From Squalus acanthias (taxonomy: Eukaryota), in the NCBI GenBank assembly GCA_030390025.1, contig CM059432.1:123072001-123136000 (forward strand): a stretch of DNA of 64,000 bases. Reading direction: 5' to 3'. Each line of letters begins with the position of its first letter. The stretch's first letter is position 1. The position numbers were made by a program, and so were the translations under genes. Of the stretch, positions 25,193 through 36,630 are shown piece after piece. The notes beneath the pieces were generated by a model. The model saw only the letters and a program-made list of their open reading frames with translations. It was not told where the DNA came from and did not search any database.

Positions 25193-27070
25193 GGGCTGGA
25201 TTTTACCAACCTCGGCAGGTCCATGGTGGGCGACGTCGGTGACGGGTCCCGGCCCCACTGTTGGCTCCAGCCCTCTGTCCAAAATGATTTTCCCGATTGG
25301 GCTTGTTAAGCCCGCCCGGCGCGTTTGCCGGCCAATTGAAGGAAGCGGGTCTGATGACGTCACACGATGACGCGTCATCAGCTGGTTTCCTTAAAGGGAC
25401 CATGCGTAAATTTACTTTGACATTTGTGCTGTCCGTGTTCTACAGCATTGAGGTGCTGCAAACACTGACAATCACTGCACAGAGGTGCACGGCTGTACCC
25501 AGGCTCTCCCATGACTCCCTCCATATGCTTATGGAGGGAGTCACAGCATGCAGGAAGGTTCTATTCCCTTCCAATAGGCGGAAGAGACCTCCCCAGGAGA
25601 CCAACGCAGCCTGGTTGCACATTGCACAGGAGGACACAAGCAGGGATGTCGTCAGGAGGACCAGGCTGCAGTGGCGCAAACCTTTCAATGATCTCCGTAG
25701 ATCATGAAACGTTACTGCAAAGCCACACTTAGCCTCATCCTGCTGTGCCACTCATCACAACCCCATCACTCTGCCTTCCCTACCCTACTCCTACACATCC
25801 TTGCACCAACTTACCTTGCACCTCCATCCCATCCCTCTCTATCTATATTATCACTTCCCCATCTCACTAGTCACCCCTCACACTCACCCTCGTCCTAGTC
25901 CAATCATACCAACTAACACACAAGGGTAGGCACTTGGGTGTTTTATGCAATGTTCATGTAAAGTTTCTGTTAATGTACTGTCAAACATTGAAACCTTTAT
26001 TTTGAACACTTTGCGTTCTTGGACAGATTTGTGTGCACTGTTGGAAGTGGCTTAGTGAGTTGCAGTGAATGGTGAGACATAACGGTACCCCCTGCAATGG
26101 TGATGAGTGTGAAAGGAATGGCTTGGGCATTGTAGGGATGCTTTATGGTGTTGGTGTGGGGTGGTGCCAACCTGCCGCATCATGTGGCAGCCAGGGTGCA
26201 CAGCGTCAAGTGAAGTAAATCTGGCTATGGTGAGGCCGTCCCGGGCAGCAATGTGGTCGGGTGCTGATGCCCTCTGTCCTGTGCAGCATCAGTTGATTAC
26301 GGAGAAGGTTGGTGTTGTTGTTGGTGCTGCTGGTGTGCGGAGAAGGTTGGTGCTGCTGGTGTTGGGGCTGATCGTGGTGGGATTCTGAGGACCAAGGTGA
26401 GATAGTTTCAAGGGTACCGATGCTGATGTGCGACTTCTCATTTTTATCTATTACAACACCAGGTTATAGTCCAACAGTTTTATTTGAAATCACGAGCTTT
26501 CGGAGCGCTGCTCCTTCGTCAGCAAAGTGAAGGAATACAAATCAGCAAAGCATGTAATAGATGGCAGGTGAACTTGAGATGACAGAAGCGATCTGTCAGT
26601 GGTGAGAGAGGTTGTTCCAATGAGGTGACGCTGGATAGAGAGTTTACTCCAAACACTTGCAACCTGCATAAAGCTCAATCTGTCTTCCAAATGCAGTAAG
26701 CAACAGCTTCTGAGCTTGGAAAGTGAATAACTGTGAGATGGGAGCTTTTATAGCACATTTGCAGCTGTCAAGTAATGAGATGATTCCATAGCCATTCAAC
26801 TTCCGACGTGATCCCCGAGCAGCGTGGACCCCCATGGGCGACCTGGTAAACTCTGAACGTGAGCTCAAAATAGTTATTAATGATCTGTTAACAAGGTCAT
26901 AATGACCTGAATTGCCTCCCCCGCCGCTGCGTGTCGGGTCTGCTCAGCGTGTGCAGACCCGACATCTGGGAAAGGTGCGTGGCGGCGAGGGGCCCGCTGT
27001 CAAAAAAAAAACATTGTCCCACCCGACCTGCCACCGATCACGCCCGCTGACCCACCGAAAAATTCCCCCC
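25193..27070 (+). mobile_element. Non-autonomous Harbinger-like transposon with a Myb/SANT-like remnant (about 25470-25705)
   Basis: TIRs GGGCTGGATTTT / AAAATTCCCCCC; ATA/ATA 3-bp TSD; PRLSHDSLHMLMEGV...AAWLHIA...RRTRLQWRKPFNDL. Confidence 0.8.
26428..26522 (-). mobile_element. Penelope-like terminal mini-insertion with a hammerhead core
   Basis: Minus strand CTGACGA-AGGAGC-AGC-GCTCC-GAAA-GCTC; same family as 62096-62187. Confidence 0.7.
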
Positions 27071-27230
27071 ATAGTGTTTTTTTAGTGCTCTCCTCCTCTA
27101 ATTGATTAACCTTGTTGAGGTTATTTTTACTTCAGCATGGTTGCCCCAGTTTGTGGTTCTTCCAGTAAAAACATTATTAAGCACCATATTCCTTTGCACA
27201 ATATCAAATTGAGGTAAATGTTGTTTACAG

Positions 27231-27300
27231 GCCAAAGTTACACTGAAAAACCCATCAATCAAGAGGAGAGTGGATGAAGCTTATTTATCAATCAAGAAGT
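27231..27300 (+). CDS. RTTN: Rotatin penultimate coding exon (AKVTLKNPSIKRRVDEAYLSIKK)
   Basis: tacAG and GTAAGT boundaries; 70 bp, phase 0->1; KRRVDEAY motif. Confidence 0.94.
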
Positions 27301-27828
27301 GTAAGTACTAAAGTGGATGTAATACTTACATGTTGTACTGCCAACAAAGAAGTGGTTTATTTTTCAAACCTTTTCAAGAATTGATTAATTGTGTGTTTCT
27401 TTTTTGAAATGCATCATTTAGAATTTGAGTTTAACTGCCAGCTCCTGACAGATTGCTAGATCCAAGGAGTTGGGCCTCCGATTAAAGATCCCAGATGACG
27501 ATTCGGGAGCAACCATAGAAACAACAATTACAATGTTCAAACTTTTTCATTTATATTCTCATCAACCAATGAGGCATATAAGAAAACAAACTGAGCACCT
27601 GTCGAGAAAATTAAATGAAATCCGTGGCAGTTTTTATAATCTAAGCTACTTGTTAGTGGAGCATTCATGTGAAGACCTCAGGTTTTTTAATTTAGGTACC
27701 TAAAATTTATATTAATTATGAAGAAAAAACACCGAGATTTCAGGAGGCACCTTTTTGAGCATACAGTAGAAGTTAATCTCATGTCTTTGGGTTCATGCCG
27801 GCTCAGTGCCAATGACCATTTAGTGAGT

Positions 27829-28090
27829 CATGTCAGGACCGCTACGGACCTCCACCAGAGTTTCCTCTGGCTTTGCCCTGCCCAGGCATAGTTCACCATC
27901 TTTCGGGTACCATCACGTACGCTCGTGCTCCACCACCCCGCCGGAACGGGTGAGGTGGGGCGGCGGGATCCCACCTCGGTCGACCTGCGCCGACCTTCAC
28001 TTCCGTTACGCCCTGGGGTTTCATGACACCCTTTGACTCGCGCACGTGTTAGACTCCTTGGTCCGTGTTTCAAGACGGGTCGGGTGGGTC
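27829..28090 (-). pseudogene. 28S rRNA fragment (rDNA pseudogene) in the last RTTN intron
   Basis: Reverse strand contains GACCCGTCTTGAAACACGGACCAAGGAGTCTAAC and AGAGGAAACTCTGGTGGAGGTCCGTAGCGGTCCTGAC, conserved LSU rRNA segments. Confidence 0.92.
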
Positions 28091-28276
28091 CTCACTGCCA
28101 GTGAATCAGACTGTACCTTGATATGCCCATGGCTTAGGCTATAAACTGCAAAACAGGTTTATTGAAGGATAACAGATAAGCAGCAGCAAAAACAATGCAG
28201 TAGTTTGTACTATTTTTATAAAATTTTGAACTTGCACTCCCTCCTCGGATCCAAAAGAGAACAGACAATATTCTTT

Positions 28277-28370
28277 GCTGACGAAGGGTTCGACCCGAAA
28301 CATTGACTCTGTTTCTCTCTCCTCGATGCTGCCTGACCTGCTGAGTGTTTCGAGCATTTTCTGTTGTTAG
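28277..28370 (+). mobile_element. Penelope-like terminal mini-insertion with a hammerhead core
   Basis: CTGACGA-AGGG-TTCGA-CCC-GAAA followed by the terminus shared with 6075-6200. Confidence 0.72.
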
Positions 28371-29046
28371 TTAATTTACTTTGCTAACCCTACTGATGCT
28401 AAACCTGGACTATGGTCCTTGGAGTAATTCTTTATATGGGAATTCATATGGCCATGGAGTCACAGCATGCCACCTCTATATCTGTAGCAGTACGGTGGTA
28501 CAAGATGAACCAGCAACATGAGAGAGGGAGAGTCCCAAGATCTGCCCCTCCCCGGACATGGAGCTGTTGATCACCCCACCCTAGAGACAAATTGTGGAGC
28601 CTCTTCCCACCAGAATAGCCAGATCATTTGAGTTCAGATCTTTTATCTATTCCCAGGACAAAGGCAAGCAAACTGTATTTACACAAATCAATGTAGCTTA
28701 ACGCTCATGGTGGGATTCAAAGGCCAAGTGACCAGCCTCTTAAAAAGAATGTGATGTTATGTTGATTTGTGATGTGAATTGTGACACACTCCGATTCATC
28801 ACAATCCTAAATTGGGATCTTTTTAGAAATCAGTGTATTTTTTAAAAAGTAATTTGGTTACTCCTACTATTGCAGTGTAAGTTTTTGGTCCATGTCTTTC
28901 TAAAAGTATTTGTGCTGTGATATGTACTGCGGACTCTTTTTGGAATTCTTGGATCATTTCTTAGTTGAGCAAATGCATGAGCTGTCTATGTGGTGTGTTT
29001 GTATAAAAGCTAATTTTGTTTTTTATACATATAAATTATTTTCTAG

Positions 29047-29120
29047 GTGTCCCTGAAGGCCCTCTGAATATTTATCTTTTGAAGTGTCTGGAAAATCTAT
29101 CAGTCCTGCTGAACAGTTAA
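29047..29120 (+). CDS. RTTN: Rotatin last coding exon (VPEGPLNIYLLKCLENLSVLLNS*)
   Basis: ttctAG acceptor, phase 1, ends in TAA; LKCLENL..LLNS C-terminus. Confidence 0.94.
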
Positions 29121-29218
29121 TGACTGCCCCACTATTGTGAACGTTGTATTGTGGAGTGGAGTGTGCCCTTACTGTAAATCATGTGTATATTTCATTGAAA
29201 TTCTAATTTATTTTCTGT

Positions 29219-29224
29219 AATAAA
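29219..29224 (+). terminator. Probable RTTN polyadenylation signal
   Basis: AATAAA about 100 bp after the stop codon, followed by T/GT-rich sequence. Confidence 0.6.
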
Positions 29225-29309
29225 ATTTTCATGTGATTGGTTCATCAGGATTATTTTGATTTTTTTTTTTAGGAATATGCCAAGTATCAATGAGATTCAA
29301 GGGTGCAAG

Positions 29310-29675
29310 AGAACCGTCTGGTACGATACTGAGCCAGACAGAGACAAAGATCCCAGGGTTGATCCCTGGTATTTACTAAATCAGTTCAACTCAACCAGGG
29401 TGGCAGTAGGGGGTGATAGAATGGGCCTCGGCTAGGAGGGAAGCAAATCAGAATGGTTTGCCATTCCTGATCGTTGTCCAGTGGCCCCTGCTGGAAAGTG
29501 TACTCTGTGGCTGTTGCATGAAAATCTGATCAAGCTCTGTGGTGGAATTTCCTGCTGACACTCTCTGTCCAGGCTCACACATGAAAAATGGCCTCTAGGG
29601 TAACTTATAGGCCAAGAGGAAGTGTATGCCAGCATGAGTCAGCACGCTTGGGAGCAGAGGAGAGAAAATTGGTGA
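29310..29675 (+). mobile_element. Degenerate SINE-like repeat
   Basis: B-box-like GGTTGATCCC; resembles a recalled chondrichthyan SINE; single copy in the window. Confidence 0.4.
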
Positions 29676-30029
29676 GACTAATGCAGTATATTGCGTATAT
29701 ATTTACAGTTGTATTCAAAGCTTTCTGTTTCTGAATTATGGCCCCTCAACAATCTGCCACAAAATGGGAGAACAATGTTTGAAGAAAAATATGAACAACA
29801 CAACCACGAATCCTAGAATGTTGCTGTAAATGAACAAGGTCTTCATGCTGCAGGTGAAAACTGACATCTCGCTCCTTTTATATCGAACATTAAAACAGGT
29901 GCGTCTTTTCTTAATCCATCGTTTCATTGGAAAATGAGATCAATCCAAAAAATCACTACACTATATACTCAATACTAACAGTGGTGTGATCGATTCTTGT
30001 GCTGCAAAGTCAATGTGATAACCCACAAC

Positions 30030-30265
30030 AAAGTGTGGGATTGGAGTCACATGTAGGTGAGACCAGGTTGGGACGGCAGGTTCCCTTCCTCAAAATGACA
30101 CTAATGAACCAGTTTGGGTTTTATAACAATTCAGCAGTTTTTATGGTCATTTTCTGGTACCAGCCCAAAAAACTACCAGACCTGTATTCAATTTCATAAC
30201 TTGCTTTGGTGGGATTTAAACTCATGACCTCTGGATTACTGGGGCAGTACCATAACCTCTAGCCT
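30030..30265 (-). mobile_element. Degenerate tRNA-derived SINE
   Basis: Minus strand ...TAATCCAGAGGTCATGAGTTTAAATCCCACC... (B-box-like) and CTACATGTGACTCC. Confidence 0.5.
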
Positions 30266-30835
30266 ACCTATTATTTCTTGTCCCTCTGTACACAGGCATA
30301 CATACAGCATCACACACAGCATCTCACAGTACAAGCTCTATTTGAAATTGTGTCTTGGGGCCAGCATTCTAATCCTTTTCTGTCATTATAATCCTGTAAG
30401 AGCATCCTATCAATGCTGCTAGTAGTTCAGAAGAAGACAGAAGCCTGTGTCTATCTCACCAACATTTGCAAGCACCAATGCAGTTACACACACCCTAGAG
30501 TTAATGAGGAGACAGCACTGGGTAAGTCACTGCACAGTGAGAAGGACCAAGAGGTGGGACCAGAGGAAGAGCAAGAAGCTGCTGCCTAGGTGACTACATG
30601 ACTGCCATCATTGGCTCTTGTGCTTTAGGGACCGTGGCACTGGTGAAGTGCATCTGTTGCTATTCTGAAGGAAAGGAAAATGCTGGCAATGTTAATCGAT
30701 GCATCAGTTGTCTATTTGCTATGTTTGTGCGCAGAATATTGGCTGGTAATGCAGATGTTCCTTATGCTAGTCTGGAAGGAAGTGGACACAGAAATGTTGA
30801 GGGTGGCAGTTAGCTCGATGGCCACTAGCACTGCC

Positions 30836-31546
30836 ATGAGTCACTGAAAGTGAATGTGCAGGTGCAGCAAGCCATTAGGAAAGCAAATGGCATGCTGGCC
30901 TTCATTACAAGAGGATTTGAGTACAGGAGTAAAGAAGTCTTACTCCAATTATATAGGGCCTTGGTGTGGTCAATGACTGAAGGAGTACCTGGAGTACTGT
31001 GTACAATTTTGGTCTCCTTACCTAAGGAAGGATATACTTGCCATAGAGGGAGTGCAACGAAGGTTCACGAGATTGATTCCTGGGCTGGTGGGACTGTCGT
31101 ATAAGAAGAGATTGAGTAAACTAGGCCTGTATTCTCTTGAGTTCAAAAGAATGAGAAGGGATCTCATTGAAGCATACAAAATGATTACAGGGCTTGATGG
31201 GGTGGATGCTGGAAGAATGTTTCCCTTGACTGGGGTGTCTAGAACCAGGGGCCACAGCCACAGGATAAAGGGTAGGCCATTCAGGACTGAGATGAGAAGA
31301 AATTTCTTCACTCAAAGGATGGTGAATCTTTGGAATTCTCTACCCTAGAGGGTTGTGGAGGCTCAGTCATTGGGTATATTCAAAACAGAAGTCGATAGAT
31401 TTCTGACTTGTAAGGGCATCAAGGGATATGGCGATAGGGCCGGTGAATGGAGTTGAGGCAGAAGATCAGCCATGATCTCATTGAATGGCAGAGCAGGCTC
31501 GAAGGGCCGAATGGCCTACTCCTGCTCCTATTTCTTATGTTCTTAT
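30836..31546 (+). mobile_element. CR1 LINE 3' fragment
   Basis: RKANGMLAFI and GLYSLEFKRMRRD motifs; TTCTTATGTTCTTAT tail. Confidence 0.9.
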
Positions 31547-32882
31547 TACTTTGGTGCAATTGGCTGCAAGTGTCCTTGCTGCAAGTGGCACAGCTCTGCC
31601 ATTGGTTCTGTGCTAACCCAGAACCTGTGAAGACAATTGCTTTCAGTCATTGACTGGTAGATATGCCAAGGCCTGCAGATTACCATTGGTGGTATGAGAG
31701 GAGGCGCAGGCAGTTTGGCCCTGGTGCCTGCTAATGTTCCCTTGAATGGTTTTGTTCATCTTGTAACCATTCAACCATGAATTTTGTGGCAATTTAAAAG
31801 CTTTCCCCATTGTTAATTTTAACTTGACTTGGCGGTCAGCACTAGACTGTTTGCACTTCAATGCTTTGTTGCTCAGAGGTGCAGTGAAAGTTTGTATTTT
31901 AAGACCCTCTTTTCACATCCTCTAGTTTTTTTATGCTCTGTGTTTTGCTGAACACATAGAAATTGCTTCAGTTGCAGTGGGCTTTCTGGTGGTTTTACCG
32001 GCAATATTCCGCTGTCTTCATTTCTACATCAAAATGTTCTGATTCCAAAAGAAAGCAAAATAAATCCGAGAAGGAAAAAAATTAAAAACCAGCACTAAAA
32101 GCGACCGGAAAAATATAAAAAAACACTTTTCACTTTCAAAGGATCATCCTTGTCGCCCACTCCAGATGGGTGAGCAGAACCCTGGTCGAAACAGATGGCA
32201 AATCACACTAGAAAAACATTACCATTCATTATAATAATATATTGAAAGTCAGGCAGCGATCCAGCAAAAGGCATCCCCACCTAATTTCCCAGATCTTGCA
32301 CCTTTGGATGGAAAATCTCCCCTCGTGTTTGCGAGTCAACCAAATGTTATAGTTCCATTCAATTTTCAATAAACTGCTCTGCTCCGATGTTTAACTTTCA
32401 ACTGTTAGTTTGAAATTTAACTCTGCCCCTGGCTTTGAATTACCTTACCAGCGCTGTTCTTTTAGTCAGGTATTCGTCATCTGTCAATTGTTTTTTTTTA
32501 AATAGACTACCTTCCAGTACTAGTACTTTCAGCATTCATAGGCTTTTACTGAGGGTCCTATAGTAGAGGTCAGCAGTTCTAATGTAAGATAGAAATTCCA
32601 ATCAACCAAGTTTACATACGAGACAAATATCAGCACTAAAAAAATATTGGAAAAATGTAAATTTCAATCTGTCCGTTTACTTGTGTGCTATTTTTATACA
32701 GGCGTTTATTAACCTATTTAAAATAAACTGGTTAACGTCTGTGTAAAAACAGTGGACAAAAATGTAGTGCAAGCACATTAAGCATTCGTACATGAACTTT
32801 GCTGATCAGAATCTCGACCCAAGATGGTTTTCTTCGAAAAATAACCAGTTTTGTTCCGTTTACGTGTTTAAGTTAATATTGA

Positions 32883-33410
32883 TTTGATCGAGGTTTGTAA
32901 AATAATGAAGGAACTATATAGTGTTTATGTAGACCTATTGTTTCAACTGAATAGGTTAGGGAGGGCCAGGGATCACCCTTACAAGTTATGTAAGGACGGA
33001 ACTAGATTGGATGTTAGGAGGTGGTTCTTTTTCCAGAGAATCGTGAACTGTGGAACAGGTTGTTGGCTCGTGCGGTAAATGCTGATTTGCTGCATTCCTT
33101 CATTCGAGAGCTGGACCTGTTCCTGGCTAGAGCAGAGATCATCTCGTACAAGAGATAGGTATCCTGTAACATAAGTTAGGGCCAAGGTACTCCCCTGAAC
33201 TAGTTTAGATTGCCTAAGGGGATCGGAGAGGAATTTTCCAGGCTTTTTTCCCCCTAATTGGTCTGGGTTTTTATCTTTTTTTGCCTATCCCAGGAGATTA
33301 GATGGCTCCAGGTGGAGTGGGGAGTGTATGGATTTTGATGCATAAGGTATCTCAACTATATAGGACAGGCTGGATAGGCAAGTAGGTCTTTTCCTGTCTG
33401 TCATTTTCAT
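32883..33410 (+). mobile_element. CR1-like LINE 3' end (different subfamily)
   Basis: DLIEVCKIMK...RLDVRRWFFFQRIVN. Confidence 0.7.
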
Positions 33411-35019
33411 ATGTCAGTAAGTCCATTTTTTTTTTACAAAAAGGATTTTTTTTTTAACAACTTAATCCACTTTGTGAAAGGTACTGAAAGTAAAAATATG
33501 ATGGCTACAAAGATTATTTTATGGCTGGTGTAACCTTAAAACATTTTTGGGAGAGTTAACTAGAGTTGCAGCGTGAAGAGTGAAGACACTGGTGTCGGCA
33601 GGCGTTAATCAACATTCAGTTTATGGACGTTAAAACAGCAAAGGCAAGACTTGTAGTCATTCACTCAGACTTTAAATGAGTTATGGGAGGCCAGCAGTCT
33701 GTCAGCTTACTGAGGAAAGATTACATTCTGTAAAGTACATAAATATTTTCATCATCTTGTCATGTGATGCAATTTTGAATTGCTGTCTGATTCAAAACAT
33801 GCCTAAAAATTGTTATATAGCTTGAGTCTATGTAAAGATGGAAATAGAAACTAGCAATCATTCTATTGGTGCGTATCTATTACTGTAAATAAAGGCCCAA
33901 GATGTGAGTATTGATCACGCAATTCTAATTTAACATTGTAAATTTCCATTGCACATTACAGGATGTCCCATCGATATTTTTCATAACTGCGTCACAGAAC
34001 ACTGTTTTGTCTGTATTTGAGTCTTTAAGTCGAACCATGGGCATCATATTTAATGGATTTAATGGATTTTTAAAAATCTTTTGCTTTAGCTCTAGTAATT
34101 ATATTTAATGATGGAGACTGGTTTCTTACTACGGTAAGAGCCGCAGTAAAACAATTGCAAGCACATTCAGATTTTGCACGATAATTGAATTTTAAGTGAT
34201 TAGCATGTTTGGCATGGGATGCAAGATTTAGGCTTTTAGGTTTTGTTTGGTCCTAAATAACTCATTTAAGTTTTGCTGAGAGGTTTACAGATGTTGTGGT
34301 TGGATTAGGACATTTTTGTGGGCTGGGGTTTAAGGATTACTTTTCGCTCAGAGTTGAGGTTTACAAGCCGTTTTTTTTTCCTACTTTCTGAGCTTGGCTT
34401 GACATTTACGGTTTTGCATTTCTGCACGTATAGGGGTAGTGTGAATGTGGTAGATTATTCAAGCAGATAAAGAAGCAGCATCTGTGAGGTCAGCAGCATA
34501 GTAGCATTTGTATTATAAACGTTTCAAAACGGTTCATGAAAAAAAAAGTTATAAATCCAGCAGAACTTTTATGTGAATTACATTATATACTAGCACGTGC
34601 TGGTTTGATGGTGCAAATTTGAAGATTTGCTAATCTTTCAAAAGTATATAATATTGATGCTTCTGGATAACATGGTTCACAAAGGTTTTGTCTGATTAAT
34701 TTTGAATAGATATAATTTTATGTGACCTATTGTAACTTAACTTTTTGTTACATGATGTGAAAGTGCTTAGGAATATAGATTATTTAAAAATCAGCGAGTA
34801 ATGCAGATTGGAAATATTTTGTTCTAAATCATCCTGGATGCTGGAAGATTAAACATGTTAGCACTTTAACATGAAACAGATCAGTCTGTTAACACATCAC
34901 TGTTAAAAGTGAAAGAATTTGATAGTGGAGCTGCCGAGAGTTAGCACCAAAAGATGTGAATATGGATGGTCCAGGGGGAGCATTTGTCTATTTATGGATT
35001 GCATAAATTTATGCCCAGC

Positions 35020-35830
35020 CAGTGATTGACCAAGAAGAGGGAGAGGAGAGTGAAGAAGAAGAAACATTGTCAATCGATTTCACACTCCCAGCCCCAGCCC
35101 TTGAGGTCGTCCTGCAAGGCCATCTGCAGTGTCCCCCACTGAAAGTCAGCAGGGATTCCTGGATATCCCGGCCAGAAAGGGGCTGTCTGGGTTGCTTCCT
35201 TCCTTCCACTTCCTCCTCTTCTGTTTCTTCCTCTTTTGCTTCCTCCTCTTCTGTCTGCAAGCAGCTTGTCCCCTTTGCTGCCTCTGCTTCATCTCTATGT
35301 GATACTGCAGCCCAAGGGGGACTGCAACTAGAGCCCCCAGGACTTGGGAGCAAGTGATGTTCTCGGAGACCTTCCTTTAAGAGCCAAAGCCTTGCAAATA
35401 TCCAGCAACATTCCCTGCACACTTTAAGAACTTTTTAAATGTACTGCACCAAGCTACTACTCAAATAAAATGTAAAGAAACCTGTCCAAAAGCAAAAATC
35501 TAAGCTTACCTGAAAGTTGTGTGTGTCCCTTTAAGAAGCGCTGGCAACATCTGCTGCACGCACGTGCTTCCTTCTGTAGTTTGGCGAGGGTGTTAGTAAG
35601 AGCGGCGATGTCCAAAATCCCAGATCGTACGTCAATTCAGGCATTGCACGCCGATTGATGTCATGATCTGGATCATTTAAATATGTGCAGCTAGCGCAGG
35701 CAACAGCAGCACTGCCGACCTGCCCAAAATGGCGGCCGCCACGCTGGAAGCTGGCAGAAGTGAGATGGCCACCGATTTTTCTTTCAATCCGGCCTTAACG
35801 GCCGGCGCTAAAGGCTCAAATTTTGTGGCC
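35020..35830. mobile_element. Decayed Harbinger-like fragment with one TIR
   Basis: Similarity to 53330-53400 (GTCGTCCTGCAAGGCCATCT); ends AAATTTTGTGGCC. Confidence 0.5.
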
Positions 35831-35859
35831 TTTATTTATCCGAGTGGAGTTACTCTCCC

Positions 35860-36630
35860 CATTCTTTTACTTTTTATATGCTTATAAAAACCCTTTGTAT
35901 TTCCTTTCATATTAGTTGCTCATCCTTTTACACATCCTTTTTAGCCCTTCCAATCTCCCCATTACATTTTCTATATTCCTGATGATTTTCTTTAGAATTG
36001 TTAGCCTTAATTTTGTCATATGCCTCCTTTTTAAATATTCGTTTAGTTTTAATCTCTCTATTTATCCATGGATCTCTATTTTTGGATGCACTCCTTTTTC
36101 ACCTTTTAGGAATAAATTTTGTATTTTATTCCATCTCATATTTGAAGATTTCACACTGTTCTTTCGTCAACATGTTTGCTAATTTTGGGGCCAGATCCTT
36201 TCTTATCTCACTGAAGTTTGCCTTTTTCCAGCCCTGTACCCATATTGTTAACCCTTTACTGTCCTTTTCATTTCTTATAATTGAACCTAATTATGTTGCG
36301 GACACTATTGTCCAATTGTTCTCTTACTCTCATCAGTTATTTGCCACAATTCATTTCCAGAACCTGATCAAGCAATGTTTTTTTTTTCTGGGACTAGTAA
36401 TGTACTGGTCTCGGAGGCAGTACTAAGTGCATTCAAAAAAGCATTCTCCACTTTGACCTTTATTCCAGTCTGTCTTGGGATAGTTAAAATCACCCAATAT
36501 TATTGGCCTGTTGTTCTTGCATATCTTTCTGATTTGTCAGCAGATCTCCATCTCTATCTCACTTCCACTATTTGGTGGCCTGTAATGCACACTGATAATT
36601 ATAGCATTTCCCTTCCTATTTCTTAACTAT
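35860..36630 (-). mobile_element. Old CR1 endonuclease-region fragment
   Basis: Decayed similarity to 21200-22000 (YRPPN and GDFNYP region). Confidence 0.6.

Noticed and set aside
33500..34900. Repeat-free AT-rich block as a conserved enhancer
   Set aside because: Plausible, but cannot be supported without cross-species alignment.
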